A DNA stretch of 64,000 bases from Arenicellales bacterium (GTDB lineage: Bacteria > Pseudomonadota > Gammaproteobacteria > Arenicellales > JAANXG01): assembly GCA_049583715.1 (NCBI GenBank), contig JBAUWJ010000279.1, forward strand, positions 8,172 through 72,171, read 5' to 3'. Numbering within the stretch: position 1 is the stretch's first letter; each line of letters opens with the position of its first letter. Position numbers and translations under genes: made by a program. Of this stretch, positions 57,759-64,000 are shown piece by piece. The notes beneath the pieces are model-generated. The model saw only the letters and a list, made by a program, of their open reading frames with translations. It did no database searches and had not been told where the DNA came from.

Positions 57759-58634
57759 TCAACGGGTCGCCACGATGTTCAGGTTCGCGTTAGGCTCTTC
57801 GGCGGCCGCCAGAATGGACGACGCGGCGCCTGGCACTCCTCCCCGGCCGTCCGGCTCAACCGGACGCAAGGTGTAACCCTCTGACACGAGGGAGTCCAGA
57901 AAAGTTGCGGGATCCTCGCCCAGCGCCCGAAGGTGCCCCGGCACGAACTCGAACAGCATGACCTGCGGCTTGAATCGACCCAATCCCGAGATGACCTGGG
58001 GCTCCGCGCCTTCCACGTCAATCTTGGCGACCCGGGGCTCGAAGGCCAGCTCCTCGAGCACCTCCTCCCCCCGCCTGACGGGGACGCTGACAGACCTCCC
58101 CGTTCCCCCCAGGTCGGCGAAGCTCAAATTCCCGCGGTTGTCGTCGGCCTGGAACAGTCCCGCCTCCCCGGACACCGTCCCCAGCGCGAAAGGCAGCACG
58201 ATCACGTTGTCGCAGTGGTTGGCTTCGAGGTTTGCCCTCAACAGCGCGAGATTGTCGGGATCGGGCTCCACGGCGAGCACCTTGCCGGCCGGCCCGACCG
58301 CGCGCGACAGGTACAGTGAATAGATCCCGATATTGGCCCCCACGTCCATGACCCGGTCGCCCGGCCTGACCAGGGAGCACAGAAGCTCGATCTCCCGTTC
58401 CTCGTAGGCACCGTAGAGGATGATCTTCTTTGCGATGACCCGGTCGCGCATGTCGACGCGTACCCGGAACGGCCCGACGTCGACTTCGTCCCCTTTGTGC
58501 AGCGATATCGCGAGCCTGCCATGGACACGATTCAGCAAGGGTATTCGCGCCAGGGGCGTGTGGCGCAGCCTCGAGCCCATCGCCGCCATTATCCTCAGAA
58601 GCAGCGACACGGCGTTTTCCGGACGCGCAGGCAC
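57759..58634 (-). CDS. FkbM-family SAM-dependent methyltransferase
   Basis: 291 aa with …VMDVGANIGIYSLYLSR…VLAVEPDPDNLALLRANLEAN…AKIDVEGAE…. Confidence 0.85.
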   Translation of the reverse strand: MPARPENAVSLLLRIMAAMGSRLRHTPLARIPLLNRVHGRLAISLHKGDEVDVGPFRVRVDMRDRVIAKKIILYGAYEEREIELLCSLVRPGDRVMDVGANIGIYSLYLSRAVGPAGKVLAVEPDPDNLALLRANLEANHCDNVIVLPFALGTVSGEAGLFQADDNRGNLSFADLGGTGRSVSVPVRRGEEVLEELAFEPRVAKIDVEGAEPQVISGLGRFKPQVMLFEFVPGHLRALGEDPATFLDSLVSEGYTLRPVEPDGRGGVPGAASSILAAAEEPNANLNIVATR

Positions 58635-58664
58635 CGGTTCATCGATGAAGGCCCATACCCGGCG

Positions 58665-60548
58665 CTACCTGCCGATGTCGATCTTTCCGAGCGACAGATT
58701 GCTCACACTGACGGTCGTCGCCGCGATCCCCGGATCGATCCTGAGCTGCGAGCAGATCGGAACATCGAACACGACCACCAGGTCGCTCCTACCTGCAGGA
58801 TACCGCACTTCGTAAGAGTCCTCTTCGTTGAATCCACTGCCCTTGTTTACGTATACCTTGAAAATGCCCCGCTCCCCCGAATCTATCTTCGCCTGAAGCA
58901 GATTGTGTCCCTGGAAGAGGGTGCACATCCTCTCATCCGAGATGCTGACTATGAACCATGGATCGGTCCCCTCCGACACCAGGCGAAATCCCGTGGGTGT
59001 CATCGAGAAATCGCTGATCTCGTGTTTGCGAAGCACATCCTGCGGCGGGATGTTGATGGGTTGAAGGCCGCGATGAAGCCGTATCGGGTAAACCGGCGGC
59101 CGGTAGAAGGGCACGACGTAGTTCACGAGTCCATCGATGTGCACGCCCAGCAGCACGACCGCCGTGCCGAGTATCGTGGCCCTCTGCACGGTCCGCCCGT
59201 TGAGAATGACCGCGCCGGGCTCCCGCTCCATCAGCGACGGTGCCACGCGGGACACGACCGCCCTCACCGCACTGGTCCCCAGCAGCACCGGTGCCAGCAG
59301 GACGGGAAGCAGGTACTTGCCCTGAAGCTGAATGTCGTTGTGCATGTTGGCCCACACGTACATGCAGAACTGGAACAGAACGGCGAAAACCAGCAGCGTC
59401 TCGAACACCACCTCGCGGTCCCTCGACGAGTCCTCACCGGTGACTGTTCTCCTGTACAGAAGCGCACCGACTCTCGCCACCACGTAAATACCGCCGACCA
59501 GGAACAAGGCCAGATACAAGCCGTACTGCAGGGGGCCGAGCCGTATCCGCAGCCAATCGAGGTTCCCTATCGTGGAGGCGATGGTCTTGCCCCAGAAGTT
59601 GTCATGGTCATTGAGCAGCAGGTCGGCATACCCCACCCCCTTCGCGGCGTAGCCGAACTCCTTGCCCGGCGGAAATCTGCTGTGCCTGGCCTCCAGGGCG
59701 GCTTCGGTCCGACCGACGAAGGGATCGCCCGGTCCGTAGTGGTACATATTGAACAGAATCCACCAGCCACCGGACAGGACCAGCACCACCAGCGCGACGG
59801 ATGCATACTTCCACAGCGCGGCCCAGTGGGCGCGCACGTACAGCGCGAGGAATATCAGTACCGTCGGCGCCAGCAGCCAGGCCGTCGGCTTGGACAGGAT
59901 GACCAGTCCACCCGCGATTCCCAGCACAATGGCGTTGACCCAGTTCGTCCCGCCCCGCAGGATCCTGACCAGCACGCACAACATCAAGCTCGCGGAGAAG
60001 ATCGCACCGGAATCGTCATTGTTGTAAGAGGCGATGAACGCGAACTGCGGCAGGAGACCAAACAGCAGCGCCACGATGACTCCGGCGCCAAAGCTGTTGA
60101 AATACAACACCCCCGTATAGAAAGCGATCGCCACCGTAGCCGCCGCCAGCAGCGCGGATCCTTTGCGAAAGAGAATGAACGAGTTCGCGATCCACGGTCG
60201 CAGCACCCTCGCAGCCACCGCCGACACGATATACGACAAGGGCGGTCGCAGAGCACGGGTGTCCCCGTAGTCGGAATATCGGATCTTGTTTTCATCCCTG
60301 GGAACGACGGCCAGTCGGTGATACGTGTATATGAATCGTACCGCGTCGTTGTTCGTCGTATAGTCCGGACCCGCACCGGCAGGCAACAGGCTGGACGTGA
60401 TGAAGTAGTACAGCGCGAATACGGCGAATATGATCAGGGAGAAATAAATGCAGCGCTGATGGCGATGCGGGTCACCGTCCTCGCCAAGTATCCGGGGAGG
60501 TTCGCCGTCCTGCCCGATGTTGCCTGCTCCGGCGTAAGGCTGGATCAT
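58665..60548 (-). CDS. GT-C-like polytopic membrane protein with a C-terminal periplasmic beta-sandwich-like domain
   Basis: The ATG at 60548 forms an ATGA overlap with the upstream GT4 stop. It has ~12 hydrophobic segments. The first loop, …PDYTTNNDAVRFIYTY…, resembles that of 45124-46692. The C-terminal ~150 aa are soluble and end …QLRIDPGIAATTVSVSNLSLGKIDIGR. Confidence 0.65.
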   Translation of the reverse strand: MIQPYAGAGNIGQDGEPPRILGEDGDPHRHQRCIYFSLIIFAVFALYYFITSSLLPAGAGPDYTTNNDAVRFIYTYHRLAVVPRDENKIRYSDYGDTRALRPPLSYIVSAVAARVLRPWIANSFILFRKGSALLAAATVAIAFYTGVLYFNSFGAGVIVALLFGLLPQFAFIASYNNDDSGAIFSASLMLCVLVRILRGGTNWVNAIVLGIAGGLVILSKPTAWLLAPTVLIFLALYVRAHWAALWKYASVALVVLVLSGGWWILFNMYHYGPGDPFVGRTEAALEARHSRFPPGKEFGYAAKGVGYADLLLNDHDNFWGKTIASTIGNLDWLRIRLGPLQYGLYLALFLVGGIYVVARVGALLYRRTVTGEDSSRDREVVFETLLVFAVLFQFCMYVWANMHNDIQLQGKYLLPVLLAPVLLGTSAVRAVVSRVAPSLMEREPGAVILNGRTVQRATILGTAVVLLGVHIDGLVNYVVPFYRPPVYPIRLHRGLQPINIPPQDVLRKHEISDFSMTPTGFRLVSEGTDPWFIVSISDERMCTLFQGHNLLQAKIDSGERGIFKVYVNKGSGFNEEDSYEVRYPAGRSDLVVVFDVPICSQLRIDPGIAATTVSVSNLSLGKIDIGR

Positions 60549-61666
60549 TGCTGCGGCATCTGCACTTCGGCCTGCTCCAGGACCTCGAGCGTCTCCCTGG
60601 CGCACTTCTCCCAGCTGAAATCCCCGGCGCGCTTGTGCCCGGCCTCGATCAAACGGCGGCGAAGCTGCTGGTCGTCGATCACCTGTTCGATGCCCTCGGC
60701 GATGCTGTCCACATGGTCCGGGTCCACCAGCAGAGCGGCGCCGCCCGCGATCTCGGCGGCGCCGTAGCAGTCGGAAGTGACCACCGGACAGCCGCTCGAC
60801 ATCGCTTCGACGATGGGTGTTCCGAAAGACTCGTATAAGGAAGGGAGCACCAGGGCCTCCGCCAGCCTGTAGAAAGCCGGAAGGTCGCCCCGCCCGATCC
60901 AGCCCGGCCGCACGACCCAGTCGCCGAGGCCCAGCTTGTCTATGAGGGCGATCTCATCTTCACAGAGCCAGGTATGGCTGCCGGCCACCACCAAGGAGAT
61001 TCCCTGCGGCGGGCCGACCCTGGCATAGGCCTGGATCAGGCGACCGAAGTTCTTGGGAGGATAGATCTGCCCGCAATACAGGAGAAAGCGCTCGGGCAGG
61101 CCGTACCTGCGCCTCACCTCCTCCAGGCGCTCGGGCGCTACGGGCAGCGAAAAGGCTTCGTCCACTCCGTGATATACGGTGTGGACGCGACTCTCCTCGG
61201 CATGCAGATATTCGATCATGTTCTGGCGGGCCGTCTCCGAGACGGCAATGATGGCCGCTGCCTTCTTCGTGTAGCGGGGTATCAGCAGTCGGTGGTTGAT
61301 CCGGTCCAGCGGTCTGGATCCCCAGGGCATGATATACCAGTCCAGGCCGTGGCAAACGAATACGCCGCGACAATTCGACATCAAAGGCAGCGAATACTTG
61401 GGGTTGAAGATGATGTCCAGATGCTCTCTGCGCGCGGCCTGCCAGGCGGCCCACTGGTCCCACATCAGGGTCGGGGCCCTGCCCAGTACCAGCTCCCGGA
61501 CCTGCGCACCGCGGCCGTACGCACCAACCCGGGTGTCATCCGAGTGAAGCAGCACGAATTCGTGGCCGGTATCCATGGCCAGGAGCCGTCTGAGGAGACT
61601 CTCGGTGTACACCAGCACGCCCCCGCCATGCTGGCCCAGATGCCGCAGCATTATCCCGATCTTCAT
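60545..61666 (-). CDS. Glycosyltransferase family 4 (GT-B, retaining)
   Basis: 373 aa starting MKIGIMLRHLG…, with …PSLYESFGTPIVEAMSSGCPVVTSD… (E-x7-E region). Confidence 0.88.
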   Translation of the reverse strand: MKIGIMLRHLGQHGGGVLVYTESLLRRLLAMDTGHEFVLLHSDDTRVGAYGRGAQVRELVLGRAPTLMWDQWAAWQAARREHLDIIFNPKYSLPLMSNCRGVFVCHGLDWYIMPWGSRPLDRINHRLLIPRYTKKAAAIIAVSETARQNMIEYLHAEESRVHTVYHGVDEAFSLPVAPERLEEVRRRYGLPERFLLYCGQIYPPKNFGRLIQAYARVGPPQGISLVVAGSHTWLCEDEIALIDKLGLGDWVVRPGWIGRGDLPAFYRLAEALVLPSLYESFGTPIVEAMSSGCPVVTSDCYGAAEIAGGAALLVDPDHVDSIAEGIEQVIDDQQLRRRLIEAGHKRAGDFSWEKCARETLEVLEQAEVQMPQQ

Positions 61667-61727
61667 GATGCTAGGTTCGGTGTGACCGGCTCTTTAGTCG
61701 ATAAGGTGACACACTAGGACAGTCCGT

Positions 61728-63566
61728 TCAATATGCGTCAATGCGCACTCCCGGCGTCGTTCGCTTCGCCGCCAGCTTGGTGAAGAGAAACCGGATCGCC
61801 TGCATGAAAGCATTGACCGAGAACACGTAACGTTTCCCGTCGACCAGGGTAACGTCCCCCGCGCAGGACGTGGTATGCAGCCCGCGCCCGTAGGGGCCAT
61901 GGATATCGGGCTCGACCACCGCCGCCGGCTCTTCGGCGAAGGCCGTCGTGCTGAGCTCGATGACGCGGTTGATGACCACTCGGCCGCCGTAGGTCCGCGA
62001 GCAGTCCTGTGCCGGCCGGTAAAGGCTGCCGGCATGCGTGAATGGGGTCCCCGCGGGGCGGCTGGAGGTGATGTCGAGCTTTACCGGATTCAAGGGGTGC
62101 GGCGCCCAAGGGCCCGCAATATCCGGCGCATGCCACAGCAGCAGCTTGTAGTACCTGCCGTCCGCCAGGTTGGTGCAGGCCAGCCACCATCTCCCATCAT
62201 GCTCGAAGACAGTGACGTCTACCGCGGGCAGATCGTCGATGAGCGTCGCCACCTTCACCCAGGATTCGGGGAAGCGCTCGGCCTTGTACAGGACCACCTC
62301 ACCCGACGCCGATGACTCCGGAATGCAATACACGTGGTCGAGGTGTTTCACCAGATACGGATAGGACATGTGAAACGCCCTCGTGAACGCGGGCCCCTTG
62401 CTCCGTATGGCCCCGCCTTCGGACACCTGCAGATGGGAGATGGTGCCCCTCATCGATTTGTAGTCGTAGTCCTCACACAGTACATGCAAGTGCCCGCCCT
62501 CGAAAATACCGAAGGGGTCGGCAAGAAAGGTTCCCCTCTTCGGATCCGGCAGCCATTGGACCTCCCGCTCGGCATTTTCGTTCAAGAGTGCATCGATAGG
62601 CTCTCTCACTATTCCGATGTTCCACTGCTCGTGCCGAAACAAGGAGCGAAACGTGACCGCGGCGAGGTTCTTGGCCAGTTTCGCCCACAACCTGGCCGTT
62701 TGGAAGTTGGTGGGCGGTCCGTATGCCGGCGGCGCGGCACGGGAAGGCGGGTCGTCGAGCGACGTCCGGCCGCCCTTGAGCAGGCTCATGCACACCTGCG
62801 CCGGCCATACGGCGGATTCTTCGAGAACCCGGCTCAGGTTGGCGCCATAGGAGTAGGCCACGGTGGGAAAGGACCCTTTCTTCAGAACGACTCTCCCTTC
62901 GGAGGTGAGCCTGCACAGGGCTGCTCCCGAAACTGGATCGCCGTTGTAGATTTCCCAGAAACACGGCGGCTCGCCGCGATATTTCGCGACGTCACCGTGT
63001 TGGAAGATCCATACACCGCACCGGGCGGCCCCTATCATGCCCCCTGCGAGCCGCTCGCCCGCGAGACCGAGAATGAAATCGAGATCCTTTGCCCTGACCG
63101 CACCGACATCGTCTTCGTTGAAGTCCGCATAGCGGCCGCGGCCACCCGCGACCGTGCATTCCAACGTCGGAACCCGGGCAAGCGCCGGCGACAGGTCCAT
63201 GGGCTTCAGAGCCGCACGTCTTGCGAGCGCCCGCCGGTAGAGTCGAAAGAGAAAGCTGCCGTTGGACACGCTTGCCGGCCCGGGCGAACACTCGGGACCC
63301 ACGCGTATCAGTAAGGCGGGCTCGAGGTTCTCGAGCGCCATCAAACGCCTGACGCAAGCCGCTTGCCAGCCCTCCAGCAAAGTATCCCGGCACAGGATCC
63401 CAAAGCGCAGCGCGCCCTGACCGGCACCCTTTCGGGTGTCGCTGTCGTAGTCAGTCACCACAAAGTACCTTCGAGACGCCGCTCGAGTCCGCTCCCGGTG
63501 GCTTCCGGTCAGGTCTTTGCGCGATCGACGGTTGTCCCCGCTTCGCGGGTCGAGGGCACCGGCCAT
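61728..63566 (-). CDS. Fusion protein: formyltransferase-like N-terminal domain + C-terminal beta-propeller-like domain (GH43-like / 'glucosamine inositolphosphorylceramide transferase'-type family)
   Basis: The N-terminal half reads …RFGILCRD…DLDFILGLAGERL…GVWIFQHGDVAKYRGEPPCFWEI…, a formyl_trans_N-like core (cf. H…RG of Fmt/PurN). The C-terminal half reads …WNIGIVREPI…FLADPF…FHMSYPYLV…VDVTVFEHDGRWWL…SRPAGTPF…. The start is uncertain; a GTG at 63461 with GAAGG upstream is an alternative. Confidence 0.6.
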   Translation of the reverse strand: MAGALDPRSGDNRRSRKDLTGSHRERTRAASRRYFVVTDYDSDTRKGAGQGALRFGILCRDTLLEGWQAACVRRLMALENLEPALLIRVGPECSPGPASVSNGSFLFRLYRRALARRAALKPMDLSPALARVPTLECTVAGGRGRYADFNEDDVGAVRAKDLDFILGLAGERLAGGMIGAARCGVWIFQHGDVAKYRGEPPCFWEIYNGDPVSGAALCRLTSEGRVVLKKGSFPTVAYSYGANLSRVLEESAVWPAQVCMSLLKGGRTSLDDPPSRAAPPAYGPPTNFQTARLWAKLAKNLAAVTFRSLFRHEQWNIGIVREPIDALLNENAEREVQWLPDPKRGTFLADPFGIFEGGHLHVLCEDYDYKSMRGTISHLQVSEGGAIRSKGPAFTRAFHMSYPYLVKHLDHVYCIPESSASGEVVLYKAERFPESWVKVATLIDDLPAVDVTVFEHDGRWWLACTNLADGRYYKLLLWHAPDIAGPWAPHPLNPVKLDITSSRPAGTPFTHAGSLYRPAQDCSRTYGGRVVINRVIELSTTAFAEEPAAVVEPDIHGPYGRGLHTTSCAGDVTLVDGKRYVFSVNAFMQAIRFLFTKLAAKRTTPGVRIDAY

Positions 63567-64000
63567 GCCCGCAGTCCGAGCCCGTCATCTCCCCGCCTGG
63601 TGTTGGTTGACCAGCTTCGACCTTGCATTATTGCTCCCCGTCTCGACTCGCTGCTGCAGCGATTGCCAATGATTGAACAGTATCCGACCCGGTATCCACC
63701 GGGCCCCACTCCCGTCGCGATGCGACCTGGTGTCCGAAAGACCACCCGGCACGATGCCGCCGAATATTAAACCACATATCCTGCGACAGGTTGCCAGCCA
63801 CTTCCTGCGAACGCCCCCGTGGCCGCAGGCGCCGGAGACACTTGCACGACGCCGGCGCAGCCGCTGATTGAGAAGCCGGGCGAAATGCCATACTATCGCG
63901 CTTTTCCCGGCTCCGCGTCATCGAGCGGGTGTCGCACGCGCTTTCGATAAGAGACTGTCTCAGTTGGCAAGTCCGGTAGGCCACATCATTATCGGGATTG

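Noticed and set aside
55373-57793. 806-aa plus-strand ORF (the longest in that region), along with 58497-60767 (756 aa), 51027-52568 (513 aa), 46560-48071 (503 aa) and 48694-50334 (546 aa)
   Set aside because: Each lies antisense to several consecutive minus-strand genes that have clear family motifs (GT4, LbH acyltransferase, FkbM, GT-C, UbiA…). Their translations are Arg/His/Pro/Gly/Gln-rich low-complexity strings with no motif. Long stop-free antisense frames are expected in GC-rich coding DNA.
63567-64000. ORF 63628-63984 (-, 118 aa) and 63673-63867 (+, 64 aa) upstream of the glycan cluster; also a JUMPstart/ops (GGCGGTAG) element
   Set aside because: Both ORFs are Arg/Ser/Ala-rich with mixed codon bias and no motif, so I treat the region as a leader/promoter region. 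I found no GGCGGTAG (ctaccgcc on the plus strand) in the 434 nt.

Overview
GC-rich (by eye) bacterial chromosomal window whose housekeeping gene order is typical of Gammaproteobacteria. Conserved blocks are rnr-rlmB; nnr-tsaE-amiB-mutL-miaA-hfq-hflX-hflK-hflC-yjeT(DUF2065)-hisZ-purA; ffs-dnaX-ybaB-recR-orn; and guaB-guaA-tadA with divergent xseA. Between these blocks lie a dimethylglycine-dehydrogenase-like gene, sdaA, an SDR, MipA, mltF, queG, three tRNAs (Leu-CAG, Ser-GGA, Ser-CGA) and SRP RNA. A 4-gene MacAB/type-VII-like ABC efflux operon sits between the two tRNA-Ser genes. The last ~22 kb (41.2-63.6 kb) is one minus-strand block of 16 envelope-glycan genes. It contains a HAD-phosphatase::UbiA (decaprenyl-phosphate phosphoribosyltransferase-like) fusion, a GlpD-like FAD oxidoreductase start/stop-overlapped with an SDR, gmd, and two GT4 enzymes. 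It also contains an FkbM methyltransferase, a hexapeptide acyltransferase, an AsnB-like amidotransferase, two MprF-type 'flippase-like' membrane proteins, three large polytopic (GT-C/GT39-like) membrane proteins, a PD40 beta-propeller protein and a formyltransferase-like::beta-propeller fusion. I could not recognise a Wzx, Wzy, Wzm/Wzt or initiating phosphoglycosyltransferase in it. I consider it the best candidate for an undescribed system: a lipid-linked pentofuranose (DPA-like) periplasmic glycosylation pathway in a Gram-negative. Three non-coding oddities also stand out. (i) The tRNA-Ser(GGA) locus has two tRNA-derived paralogous segments, each with a homologous ~80-nt multi-hairpin insertion in the T-loop that shows compensatory substitutions. 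(ii) A ~127-nt palindromic repeat family has three copies and covarying 27-28 bp stems. (iii) The intergenic regions are repeat-laden. No transposase, integrase, CRISPR array or recognisable defence gene was seen. All calls come from reading the sequence and recalling family motifs; no searches were run. Start codons that I moved relative to the ORF track are explained per feature.
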